Origin: Octopus sinensis
Lineage: Eukaryota
Direction of reading: 5' to 3'
Length of the DNA stretch: 64,000 bases
Assembly (NCBI RefSeq): GCF_006345805.1
Contig: NC_043003.1
Coordinates: forward strand, 32,240,001-32,304,000
Shown: positions 41,546 through 54,970 of the stretch, piece by piece
Position numbering within the stretch: position 1 is the stretch's first letter
Layout of the letters: the number at the start of each line of letters is the position of its first letter
The notes under the pieces: model-generated
Database searches by the model: none
Told to the model about the DNA's origin: nothing
The model's input: the letters and a program-made list of their open reading frames with translations, nothing else
Translations under genes and position numbers: made by a program

Positions 41546-42186
41546 AGTAAGTTAAAGTGAAGTTTCGAAATACAGCGAGTAATCGGCATCAAAACGTTTC
41601 TCAACCGTCGGAGCACTATATACTTTGACAGACAAAAGATCAAATTTTTGTCATGAATTTTGCGAGAAACATTATTTCCAAAATTGAATAATAGACGATT
41701 GTTAGACAAATGCACGAGATGATGATGGACTTTCATTCACTTATACGCACAGTTACCTCAAATCAGACACACACACACACACATACACACACATACGAAC
41801 ACATATATGCACATACGCACACGCCCCACACGAACATGGAGATATGTAAGCGATTAAACTTGCAGTGAGGTCAAACGAGTACATGATTAAGAATTAGATA
41901 ATATAGTTGCTATTGTAAAAGCAATTGAGTTACGATTTTTCAATATTTTCTTTCATTTCCAGCATTCACTTCTTTATTTCAAGGAATTTGATAATTGCTT
42001 AATAAAAAAAGGAGCTATCAGGTGATGCAATTGACAGAGTACTTGTGAATCGATTCCATATCAAAGCAAGTTGTTGGTCGTGTTAAGAAGAACTGGTGTA
42101 AGAACATAATTTGTTATTTATTTTATGTTTTTAAGTTTTGATATATATGGATATATTCCAAAACCTAAATACATAAAACTAATACC

Positions 42187-42235
<49 letters not shown>

Positions 42236-42619
42236 TAATATATATATATATATGTATGTATGTATGTATGCATGTATGTATGTATGTATGTATGTATGTA
42301 TGTATGTATGTATGTATGTATGTATGTATGTATGTATGTATGCTTGTATGTATGCATGTATGTACGTGTATGTGTGCGTATTCTCTCCTGTATATTTCGA
42401 TGCTTCCTCTGCGGAAGAAGATGGTTTCTAACAGATGCAAAGATCAATGACTGGAATGTAGATAAGAAAAACAATCACACTTTGAACGTGAGAAAAGTCT
42501 TTTATATTTTTGCATTTCCGCCAACAAATTGTACTTGCAATATGCGAGTCCAATGATTGATTTCTATTTCTGAAAACTCCTATTTATCCAGATTGTCACC
42601 TAGGCATTTATACACAAAA

Positions 42620-43200
42620 AACCAACTGCACAAATTATTATTGGTTTAATTGCGAAAATACAATCAGGATATAGAAGCTGGAGGTCTGGAAGCGATAGCC
42701 CATAGTTATCATCGTTCTCTTTGATTTGAACATGTTTAAGGTGCGATCACCGGATAAGTAGAATGAAGCACAATCGGTGATGGTCCATTGGCTGCTCAGT
42801 GATACATTCCTGAGGGCACGGAGCCTCCAGAGGAAACGAGACAAAGAAGTGGAATCCTCTCTATCCATGCATCTATGAAAGTGCTTATGTTGTGAGTAAC
42901 TTTCCCTGTTATCATTAGCCTTCTTACCATTGTAGTAACATGTGATACCATCGGATGGAACAAGTGTCTGTAAACTACAGCTGTTGAAGGAAGGCTCCTC
43001 CTAGAAGGCAAATAGTACGATTTCGACTGTTAGAGGCTGCGTTGTAGTTTTTGAAAGTACATGTTTGAGTCTATTGTAGCATACAATATGAGAAGCAATA
43101 TTATATAAGCAGGTGTAGCTCCGCTTGAAATTAGGTGAGTTGAAGAGTCCATGGTAATTGTGGCCACTGGAGAAAGGCATCTTAATCAACGATAGGAAAA
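42620..43200 (-). pseudogene. Degenerate PLE (Naiad-type) GIY-YIG region
   Basis: IC.LGG..STAVVYR..DREDSTSLSRFLWRLR..QWTITDCASFY; paralogous to 43880-44130. Confidence 0.7.
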
Positions 43201-43879
43201 TTTCTTGCTACATTGGTGGAAACTTCAAGGTAGATTATCTTTCTATTTCTGGTCCTCTGCGGATGCAGAGACATCACTGCACTCTCTAGCATCCGACCAT
43301 TCATCACTGAAAAAGCCAAAGAAGGTCGAAATCTCATGATGTCATGATTTCTACACAGGTGGTGGTGAAAGACATATCTCTACGCTGGCGATATAAACAA
43401 CAGTGGGTTTACGCACCGAAAGCTAATAAGATAAACATCGCCGCACTCTGTGTTCTAACATCGCCCTATTCTGTGTTCTAACAGATCTTCCACTTTTAAA
43501 AGGAATAAATACATCCTTTAGGTATTAATACGGCCTCGTCACTAATAGGCCTTGCGAATTGGTAAGCGTTGGAAGTTGGTAAACGTCAGAGATTGGTGAA
43601 TGGTGGTCCTGCTCATGCTGTTGGTTAGTTGTGATGACCTCGGTGTAGGCGGTACAGAGTAGCAGATCGTACTAAGGCGGTAGGTTCTGGTTATCGACAG
43701 TCAGAGGACTGAAATTTACCAGGACATACATCTGGTGACAACAATACAATGAATCGCCTTTCTTGTTGATGGATACCACGGGTTGTTGGAGGACATGCAA
43801 TTTTTCGTGGAGGCAGAGCTAGAATTCGGGGGCGCGGGGTGAATATAGTGGTGCTCTGTTGAAAATAGTTCACTTGACG

Positions 43880-45190
43880 CTAGTACGTCATCTCAGATAT
43901 CACGGAGTCTCCAGAGAAAACGAGACAAGAAAGTAAAATTCTCTCCCTGGATTTAAACGAGTGCATGTACTTGGAGTATCTTCCTTTGAAGACATTAGTT
44001 GTCATATCCGTATAGTGCCTTGTAATGCCATCGGATTGTTGAAGGATGGCTCTGTATACTACGGTGCTTGAAAGGCAAGATCCTTCTAGAGGCACATGGT
44101 GGGGCTTCGGGATTTGCAGGGTGGGGTTGGTGGTGGTGCATTTAACGTCTGTTGATGCGTGCTATTTTAGATGCGATATTTTCTAAGCAGAAGTAGCTCA
44201 CCATGACATTTTGAGAATTGAAGAGTTTGTAATACTTGAGGGTTTCTTAATTAGTGACAGGAAGCCACTAACTACGATGGTGGAGGCTTCTAGTTTGAAA
44301 GAGGGGGCTAAACCATATAATTTTCCTTCTCCTAATCCTTTTGGGGTAAGGAAAGTGTGTTTGGAGGTTATTCACATACGTGAGCTTCTCTGTAAATCCG
44401 CTCCTAGCCAAAGAGGGGGCAGCCTTGTTAAAGGTATCACTATTGGCCGATATATTAGATAGGCATTTACTAATGCCTGGAGCATAGTTTCAATTACACC
44501 GGGGTGGGTTATGGTTTGAGCACTTGAGGATGTACACTGTATCCTTGTTAGGCTTCCAGTACAGGTAAAACTTTCCCATTGTCAGGTCTAAGTTTACGTC
44601 CAAAAAATCGAACGTAGTCAGGTTGGAAGTAACCGTTATGGACAGGCCGAAATCCTTAAATGTTTTTATCAAGTCCTTCCTGAATCTGTCCATGGTGTTG
44701 GCCGTTCATATGACTAAATATAGTCAGGCTGTCGTACCTATAGAGGGCAAACCTATGTTTGTGGTTACGTCTATTGAGAGTATCCAAGTTTTATAACCCG
44801 ACGAAATCGACGATTTCAGCCCCGTCAAAGCTCCCCATAGAGACATCAAACAGTAGGTCGCTTTCATTTTTTACCCAGAATGAATCTTTGTGGGCCAGAA
44901 TTGACTTTCCGGCATTTATGATAATTCTGATGTCAATGTCACTAATGAACCTTCAGAACGAGGGGGTAGAAGTTGACAATGTCGAACTGGGTGGATTTAC
45001 AGGCTGATTTATTCTCGATATCTCAGAACCAGTGGACCACAGCTGCGCTGGAGTTCTATTGAATGAACCCTGTAGCTCTTCTGATATCGGTGTTGATAGT
45101 ATCAAGAATATGTTTGCTAACAATACCTATATTATTTTAGAGATTTGTGATTGGATTGGAAGTTAGATTTATGGTCCTTAAATGACTGAC
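43880..45190 (-). pseudogene. Degenerate PLE (Naiad-type) RT + GIY-YIG
   Basis: FDVSMGSFDGAEIVDFVGL, LYRYDSL, DRFRKDLIKTFKDFGLSIT..DFLDVNLDL..KPN..SNH, PLEGSCLSSTVVYRA..FKGRYSKYMHSF. Confidence 0.85.
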
Positions 45191-45994
45191 AACAATCCGG
45201 ATATACTACCTTAGCACCAGCTGCTACTCTGCACCGCTTGCACCTCGGTCACCGCTACCAATGAAACGCATGAGCAGGACCGCCAATTACCAACGTTTAC
45301 CAACCCCCAACGTATATCAATCCCAACCCGTACCAAGTGCCAACGCTTAGCGCGCACACTATTATGTATTCGTACATGCATGTGACTATATATACACATA
45401 TATACGTATGAATGAAAATGCATGTGTTTGTATGCGTGTATGTGTGTGCATATGTGCGTATGCATGTGTGTGTGCGTGTGTGTGCATGTGTGTGCGTGCA
45501 GTTCAAGTGTATATGCGTGGGTGTATGTGTGTGCGCAGACGTGTGCGTATGCACCCATATACAGTTTGCGCATGATCGCATGGATACACATATGTACGGA
45601 AAACCATGAGTGCGTCTACACACCTACATATAGAACTATATTGATGCACGTGTCGCCCCTTCCTATATCCCTTGCAACAACCTGACCAATTACTGTATCA
45701 CCACGTGATCTATTTCCCGTTCTACAAGTAGTCAATTTCCAGTTCACCAGGTGGTAATTTCCAACTAACTGTTATCCATATATCAACGTCAAAACCACGA
45801 CACCGCGTGACCTTTGTCGACAAGTCGCAGCCCATCTTACAGTAATTACAATCAACTTCTGTCATTCAAATTCAAAATGGCTGACGGCTGGCATCACACT
45901 TGAAACTCAAGAGTACCAATGATTTTGATCCATACATGTAACTCGCAATAAATTTGTTGAGTGCCCTTCTTTCGTTTGTCCATTCACTCGTATG

Positions 45995-46068
<74 letters not shown>

Positions 46069-46620
46069 GTTTACCATTTTCAAGACTTTTTCTTTCCATA
46101 CGTTCAATCTTCCCACACTTTCCTTCTTTCTTATTTTACCTTAAGTTTGATTAACATGCAGCACATCATATGAATTCCAGCTCATTTTGAATGCTTTCTC
46201 TAAGCGTTTATCTAATAGAGTATTCATCGTATTATGTTCCTTATATGTTGTTGATTAAGTTTTAGCTATTTTTCTTTGTAGACACACGCACACACAGACA
46301 CACACACATGCATGTGTGTGTTTGCAAATTTCGTGTCGGAAGCAATTCAGTAATGTAAACAATATCAGTATAATTGTTTTCAGATGATAGTAGCTGTGGT
46401 ATTTTGACTAAGAGTGTGCCCGTTTAATGACGTGTCAAAAGGCACAGTATATTTCAAAGCTAGGGGAAACGATATCGCCCCGGAAGTGAATATGAATGTC
46501 AGATATCGATATTTCAAAGTGTTGTGTGCGTAATGGTGTCGTGCTCGCTCTTCGTCTGAAATTATTCGAAATAACCGATTAAGATTTATACTGCGATTTT
46601 TAACACGATATATATTTAAA

Positions 46621-46790
46621 TGCGTATGGCTCAGTGGTTAGAGCGTGTGGCTCACAATCATGAGGTGATAAGTCTGATTCCCGGACCGGGCTGTGTGTTG
46701 TGTTCTTGAGGCACTTTATTTCACGTTACTCCAGTTCATTCAACTGTAGAAATGTGTTGTGACGTGACTAGTGCGAAGCTACATTAGCCT
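46621..46790 (+). mobile_element. tRNA-SINE 5' part (family of 308-624)
   Basis: TGGCTCAGTGG A box; GTGTTCTTGAG..CACTTTATTTCACGTTACTCCAGT. Confidence 0.7.
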
Positions 46791-46888
46791 CTACGTTTGC
46801 CTCGGAGGGTAAATTTCTAGCTGCAATATATATTATATACATATATATTTATATGTATATGTATACATGCATATCTATATACGTATAT

Positions 46889-46959
<71 letters not shown>

Positions 46960-47668
46960 ATATATATATACATACATATTATATATATATACATATATAT
47001 ACATGCATGTATATGTTTATACACACACACACACACACACATATATACATATATGCATATGTTATGTAAAGTATAAGTTAGAAGTGTTAAGCTCTCTAAA
47101 GGATAGAAGTATCCAGAGGCACTCCTGGTAATTACCTCAGTCAGTATGGTCCTTGGTATAAGATATACGGCAACAGGTAATTTAAATGGGTAAACAGTAG
47201 TTTAATGTTTATATAGACGATAAGAAAATGGAGGGATAACAACAAATAGAAGTATATCTTTGGTGCTAAAAAGGCCATTATTTAATTAGTCAAACAAGGT
47301 GAAGGTACACAGAAACAGCTGTTTCTATGTACCATGAGGTAAATATGTATTTTCCTCGTTGCAAAGCGTAGACGTCATCAGAACGAAGAAGGCAGATATA
47401 GACAAAGAGGAGAATAGAGTGAAAGATAGAGGGAGAAAATGTTGAATGATTCGAAAGTCATATATTTAAGTGGGGTTCGTTAAATCCATTGTGAGGTAGT
47501 TGAAGAATAGAGGTTGGTTGAATATAAAGTCCAGTAGTTAGTTATTAGCATGACTTCCACGTGTCTGCCTGTTCGACTAGCTGACCGCCGGTGTAATCTG
47601 AGGGAGTTGACCCTAATTAAGGATATCCGATGTGGTTAAAAGGAGCTATGTTTCTCTTACTTATAGGT

Positions 47669-47722
<54 letters not shown>

Positions 47723-47859
47723 TCACAATCAAAGGTGTAGAACTGGCGTACTCAGAATGAAGAAAAAGGTAATGTGATCCAATGGTGGAGAGACATCCAA
47801 GAATTAGGCATTTCAAAACGGTCAGAAGGACGGAGCCTTTCCGTGTAATCATGCAGTAA

Positions 47860-48455
47860 ATAGTTGATCCAAATAAACAAGCAATTAAAAACAATTAAAA
47901 AAGAAATAAAAAGAAGAGAACCAACGTGATAAGGTGCACAAGGAATATATTATTTAGACGCTCTGTGAAGTGAAAGATTTGATGGTAACGTTTTGTCCAA
48001 TGGTCTACATCGGAAATAAGAAAGTTCAAAGAGAAAGAAGGAAAAATAAGTAAGAATCGCCAACAGACTGATGGCAAAGAACTATGCGCAAAACGTTAAC
48101 AAAAACTCTTTCCTTTCACCGAGCGTCTAATTAATATATTTCTTTTGCAAGGCGGCGAGCTGGCAGACACGTTAGCACGCTGGGCGAAATGCTTAGCAGT
48201 ATTTCGTCTGTCTTTAAGTTCTGAGTTCAAATTCCGCAGCGGTCGACTTTGCCTTTTATCTTTTCGGGGTCGATAAATTAAATACTTGATGTGTACTGGG
48301 GTCGATGTAATCTACTGGCCTCCTCCACACAAATTTCGGGCGTTGTGCCTAGAGTAGAAAAGAATATATTTCTTGTGCATATCATGACGTTCGTTTTTTC
48401 GTCTTTTTTCTTTCCTTGTCTGTTTTTAAATTGTTTGCTTATTTGAATTAACTAC
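47860..48455. mobile_element. Old palindromic PLE-type mini-element with a SINE (48149-48362) inserted in its right arm
   Basis: Left arm 47860-48020 is inversely homologous to 48065-48144 plus 48363-48455; SINE TSD AATATATTTCTT; decayed AAAACGTTA hammerhead ends. Confidence 0.6.
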
Positions 48456-49153
48456 ATGTATCTGCTAATGTATATGAGTCGATATGCGTACATATGTTTG
48501 CAAGATTTGCTTTTGTACATAAAACGTATCTTTTATATTGTTTCAAAAAAGGAGAATCATATTTTATAAGAGGTCTAATTGGAGACGGAAAATTAGACAT
48601 TTACTCTGTTTATCATTTGTTTATATTTATTTTGCTAAAGTATAATGTTAGTTTACTGATTCGATATATACGCATATACCCGTAGCCACGTAACCACAAT
48701 ATATGTGTGTGTGTGCGTGTGTCTGTCAGTTCAGTTATAAATTTGAATAACTCTGAAAATCTAATCTCTCGTAACCCTTTAATTGAAGAGTTCTGAATCT
48801 GATTGGTTACTATAAATTGTTGCCTCATGAATCTGAAACAGCTGTTGTTTTTCTCGTAATATCCTTATCGCTTCCTTAGTTACGCAGTTGATTAATTAGA
48901 GATCTTCAGTTCGTTAAATCCATGTTCTTTAAAGTACATAATTAAATGGTTGTAAAGTATTAACTTACATTTGTACAATATTCCAGAAAGCATCGTAAAA
49001 AACTTTATGGCGCACAGTTTCCAGTTTCCAAGCTGAGGTTTTATCTATTTCATTACGGTTATTACTAACTTTTTCATGTTTCATACATATAGATATATGC
49101 ATACATACATGCATACATACATACATATGTATATACATGCATATATATATACA

Positions 49154-49232
<79 letters not shown>

Positions 49233-50239
49233 GTATGTATGTATATCTATATATATTCATATATTTGTGTGTGTGCGTGTGCGCGCGCGTGTACGTGTGA
49301 GAGAGAAAGAGTCTGTGTGTGGATATGCGTATGTATGCATATGTACATGTAAACGCGCGCCTGCTATAACATGCTCGATTGTAATACCGAGGTTAGATTT
49401 CAGTTTCGAATTTGCTTACCAAACAGGATATTTGATAGTTCGCATGTAAAATATTTTAATCTTCTCTCTTGAAATATAATACCTTTGAAACACTCAGTTT
49501 CGTACTTTAAACAGACAGAGGTGAGCTCCATTTTAATACCTCAGTAACTTAATTAGTGCTGAACTTATGGGAGTACAGATAATCAATTCCTTACGCTTAT
49601 CATCAACTTCCTTCGGGTGGATCCTCTGACTGATGATAAATGGCTCCTTTCGCACATGTATAATATGTAAATTTCACAAGAACTCTCAGAACTCTGAAAT
49701 GAATTGTTTCACAAGAACTCTGAAATGAATTGTGCATGGAACTACGCTACAGATTTTGAAATCCGTATTGCACAATAAAGCAGTGCGCTTGATACGTGTA
49801 GGTACTGCACTGCCACCGTGATCCTGTTGATGAGGACTTTAGTAATTTTGTTTGGTTCCGGGTTCAGTCCCACTGCATGGAACCTTGGACAAGTATCTCC
49901 TACTCTAGCCTCGGGCCGACCAAAACCTTGTGAGTGGATTTAGCAGACGTAAACTGGAAGAAACCCGTCGTACTTAAATATATATGTATATATTTGTGTG
50001 TGTGTGTGTGTGCTTGTTCCCCTCCCACACCATCTTCTCTTGACAATCGACTCGTCATCGACTTCTGGCAGTTTCGTCCCCCTTCAGCTACGCCACCTCT
50101 CGGCTATGAGGGTAAAAAGGTAGGAGGTTATCTCCCAATCTCGTCAGCAATCAAATTCGAGCTGTGATGTAATTATCGCTAATACCGATATTATCGATAT
50201 TATGCGTTTCTCAAAATGCTAACAGGAATCTCCTAAAAT

Positions 50240-50540
50240 GCAAACACGGCCCGAAAATCTCCGTTCTGGAGTTCAGTATGGTCCTTGGTAAGTGCAAGTT
50301 TTTCACGATTTCCATGCGATCGCTACGCATAGCTTACATTGTTTCGTTCCATTTATGTACGGACCCAGACGGTGGAGGATTTTCCATGATATCAAGTATG
50401 GAATTTCATCTTCCTTCAGTTGCCAGATATGGCTGGCCAGCGATGTTACATATCTTTCCGGGACACTGGAGGATGGGCTATGGCTGGAAAGATGTTTCTT
50501 AAAGGAAGACCACGCGCATCCAATGTATTTTCTTGGATGC
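50240..50540 (-). pseudogene. PLE (Naiad-type) GIY-YIG fragment
   Basis: KYIGCAWSSFKKHLSSH..TSLASHIWQLKE..ISWKIL..PY..CKLC. Confidence 0.85.
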
Positions 50541-50849
50541 GTGGAGTCGGTGTTGTGCCTACTATTGCTGGTGTTATTGCTGCTACCACTGCTGGTGTCG
50601 GTGCTATTATTCTTGCTGTTGTTGCTGCTGTTGTTGGTATTGGTGTTGGCGAAGGCGGGGGTAGTGATGGCCTTGGTAATGTTATTGCTGCATTTGGAAG
50701 GGACACTGTCGATGTTATAACTATAGCCGAAGGTACTACCGGATATATATATATATATATGTGTGTGTGAGTGAGTGTGTGTGTGTGTGTATGTGTGTGT
50801 GTGTGTGTGCGTGCGTGCGTGCACGTGTATTTTTCAATGTGTACAAACA

Positions 50850-52140
50850 ACACGGAAAAATAAATAAATAGTTACCAGTTGGCAAAAATTCACATAAGTA
50901 CCAACGATATTACAGCCTACATACAAAGGTTGAAATTCCAGGGTTTAGTGAAATGTTTTTAAATGACATGGATAAATTAAGAAATGGAGTGCAGGTGTTA
51001 TTCAAATCATTTATACTTCGAACATATATGTTTCGAAGAAAGCATTGAGAGTATTTCGGAGGGAATAAAAATGATGTAAAACAATACAATCATCTCGTCA
51101 GGGGAAAAAGAGAAAGAAAACACATCAATAAGGCATTTTAGCCGAATGTGATTACCGCATATATGATGGAGTGGAACCCTGGCAAGTGTTTTTTTTTAAA
51201 ACTCTGATAGATTTAACGTCAAAGGTAATTTGGAGAAAGAAAAGGAGGAAAAAGAAATCAATTAACAGAAAATTAAGAGTGGAAAAATATAGTATGATAG
51301 GTGAACGGGAATAAAGCTTAAAACCGTGGAAATGTATAGTAGAAATGAAATATATGAAGACAATTTTATAGAATGGAAGAAATTACTTATAGGAACTAAA
51401 GATATGTTTTTACCAATGTTTACAGCGATAAACGCTTTCTTTAACCGTGATTACAAGAGTATTCTCCGAGAAAAGAGTGAGAAATTGTCTTCATTACAGA
51501 GCGGACAAAAAGATTTACTTTGTCATATGGGAAGGATCTAGATAGAATTTTCCATTCCAAATCGAATTGTTTATTATGTTCCTTTAGAGACCAAATTAAT
51601 TTACTAAGACCAGTATTGTTGCGTTTATTGATATGTCTAAACGTAGAGTAATGGCTAGATATTCTTTTCGATAACTGGGTCAATGAGCTACCTATGTAAA
51701 AAAAAGTCATCAGAACCGGAAGTAACTTTACATTGATAAACAGAGTTTCTTGTCTTGTAATTACTGCTACGGAAAGGAATACGATTGGAATTTATATCAG
51801 AAATATTAATATTGTTGTTATTATTGCTCAAAGAATGGTTAGCGTTAATAATATCGCTGTTATTATTTTCATTAAGTGGAATTGTATTTAACAACTTATT
51901 GTCATGCAAGGAAATTATTTGTGAAAGGATTTTGTGTTTGAAAAACCTATCCTAATTCCGGGTGAATTGTTAATGGAATGGTATCTAGAATTTTTTGGAA
52001 AATTGTTATCTATAGCTTCACGAAACTGGTAAGGTAGGTCGGATTTGATCTGTTTGTCATATGGAAAGAGCAGCCAAACAGTTTTTCTAGGACACACCTT
52101 ATTACTTGTCTTAGGGTAATTATTTTTAAAAGTCCTAGAC
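50850..52140 (-). mobile_element. 5'-truncated PLE (Naiad-type): linker, GIY-YIG, 3' terminal region
   Basis: RKTVWLLFPYD..FPKNSRYH..; SVYQCKV..F/YIGSSLTQLSKRISSHYSTF..TGLSKLIWSLK..LEWKIL..; downstream CTGACGA..GAAA-CATATATG-TT (51101-51020). Confidence 0.85.
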
Positions 52141-52900
52141 TTATTTTTATTACGTATTAAGGGATATATAGATCTAAGCTATTAGGAAACCTGATGAACT
52201 CCAGAAACGAAAATCTGTACATATTCAAATATCAGACAAACCCATGCTTTAAATTTTCATATTTATGAATATGGCTGTGCATGAAGGTTTTTGCATAAGA
52301 TAATTAACGGATACAGTGCAGAATGCAAACTCTTGAAACGTCCGGGGCCAATGCAAGGGAGGCTGCAGCTGAGAAATTATTTAGTGTCCTTTTCCTTGAT
52401 CTTTGCATTTATTTCGAATTATCGCCTAGTCTCGCGTAACGTTGTGTATTCTCCTACAAAATGGAGACTGTTTCTAGCATTCCCAAGTGGATCACGAGAA
52501 GAATTGTGGGAATTCTTTTCCACATGAAACCATTTGTTGCTTTGTTAATTCATAAATTATGAATATTTGTTCATCAAATGCAACGTTGAACACACACTTT
52601 TACTATCGATACAATCGTACACAAGCCGTCGAACGCGCAAATACACACACACACTCCCTCACTCACACTCATACACATATACACACACTATATATCATGA
52701 CGCAGCATTTTGAAGTCAAATAGCACATTAAGGGTGACATGTCAGTTGTTATAGTATTATAATAACTGGCATGTTACATTGTCACATTTACAATGTAAAT
52801 GAATGGAAACCGGATGCTATCTTCCCGTCGAACCTTTGAGCGGCTTAGTTGTCGATATTCAGCAAAGCTAATTTATTCTTTCATTCTTCTAAATACAATG

Positions 52901-52940
52901 ATATATATATATATATAATATATATATATATAATATATAT

Positions 52941-53002
<62 letters not shown>

Positions 53003-53021
53003 TATATGTATACATACATAT

Positions 53022-53086
<65 letters not shown>

Positions 53087-53302
53087 GTATACATATATAC
53101 ACACACACACACATATATATATATGTACATATGTGTGTGTGTGTGTGTGTGGTGTGTGTGTGTGTAATTGATTCGTGAATTTCCATTATATGTGTAGAAA
53201 ATTGATTTATGAGTATCAATCATATATGCAAGTGTATGTACGTGTATGTATGTATGTAGGTATGAATATATGTATGTATGTATATATATATGTGTGTGTG
53301 TG

Positions 53303-53358
<56 letters not shown>

Positions 53359-53398
53359 CATACATACATACACGTATATATATGTATAATATAAATAA

Positions 53399-53430
<32 letters not shown>
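52901..53430. repeat. (TA)n/(CA)n compound microsatellite
   Basis: Read directly. Confidence 0.95.
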
Positions 53431-53946
53431 TGATTCAAACAGACACATACGCTGACACAAAAACAAACACATCGAATCACACACATCCGACACATATATA
53501 CATTTGAAGCCATTTGTGTCTCTCCTGATCGCATTGTTTTAGCTCTCTTCTTAATTTGTTAAAACTAACTTCTCGCTATTAATGACTTGCTTTAGGTTAT
53601 GAAATATCATTCGAAACTTATATTTTAAAGTATTTAAATGGAAAAATAAAGGTGAGAAATTATTGATTAGCTACACGTTCATCTGAGATGATTATTAATT
53701 CCAAACCATGATTCAAGATTGAACAATATTTGTTCGTGTCTGTTACAGTAGGCGTCACAGATTAGTTTTGAGACGAAATTATAACGTAAACAGAATTGGT
53801 GAAATACACATGAAAATTATTATCGTTACAGAAACAAGTTTCGGGAAGATAATTCCCTAATTATCGTCATAGTTATCAGCGTTTTCACCATCACCACCAC
53901 AACCACGCCACCAACAGAACCGACGCAGCTGCTGTCGTCGTCATCG

Positions 53947-53983
<37 letters not shown>

Positions 53984-54559
53984 AATCATCATCATCATCA
54001 TTAACAACAACATCAACTTCAATATGATCTTTAAGGTCGTCGTAGACGTCTTCGTCAGAAGGAGGAACTATTTGAAATCATACATGTTGGACCTCAGTAA
54101 TTTGCAAGTGTTTAATCAAACATTTTGCCCGGTTTATTCAAAATTTTATTTAACAAGAATTTTGCTTACATTCTCTGGATCGTGGTAGTAACATTTTTTG
54201 TAATTGCACCCCCTTTTAGGGTCGTAATAAGTGTTTTACAATATTTCCATGCTTCGTGAAGACAGGATTATATTCATTTTGCCAATTTTAAAAAAGTGTC
54301 GGATTTGGAAAAAATAATATTAATCGACCGACCAAGAGCAGAAACGCAGCTGAAGGTGAAATAAATTTGCCGTTAAAGTGAAATGTAATTTACCTCTTGT
54401 TTCCTATGACAACAGAAATAAGTGCAAAAGTACCAGCAGCAACAATAATGACAACGACGACTATAGCAGCAGCAGCAACATCGTGAACAGCATCATCACC
54501 ACCACCACCACCACTACCACCACCATAAATGTGTTTTCGCGAATTAGAGGAAACTTAAA

Positions 54560-54970
54560 TTTCATACTCCGGCAGAAACTGAAAAATGCCTCGAAGCTGT
54601 GCGGCCCTCAGTACTACACATCCAGAATGGTGAACAACATGGGATGGTCACTGCTGTATGCAGCAGGGAGGAAAAAGCCAGAAGAATGGCTACGATAACT
54701 TACACGTCCCAGGCTTTTCTAATGATTCCACATTATGTGGGTAAAAGGTTCACTCGAATTCGAGTGCAAGATCATTGACTCGAGTGTAAGATCATGCCGA
54801 GTCACCGTGGAGGAGCATGGAGAGATTGTGGAGATGGAGTCCACCTCACATCTCAACAGGACTGGAATTCTTATGGAATTCCAGATACTAGTTTATCCAG
54901 AAGAAATAAATCGCACTCCCGATTTTTTCTGTTTCGAGTATTGCAAACAGATACCAGTTTGTAAAGAATG
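54560..54970 (+). pseudogene. Tx1/L1-like ORF1 relic
   Basis: LEAVRPSVLHIQNGEQHGMV..EEKARR..LMIPHYVGKRFTRIRV aligns by eye with LKPVSTNKIYVVRGERFGTV..ARQ..LLVPT*LG..ITLKI at 7600-7300. Confidence 0.6.

Noticed and set aside
50540-50720. Ser/Asn/Thr-rich ORF fused to a GIY-YIG fragment
   Set aside because: Degenerate trinucleotide low-complexity tract with an ORF start in a microsatellite; probably linker or chance.
52185-52225. CTGATGA..GAAA..GTA hammerhead-like string
   Set aside because: No convincing stems I-III could be paired.
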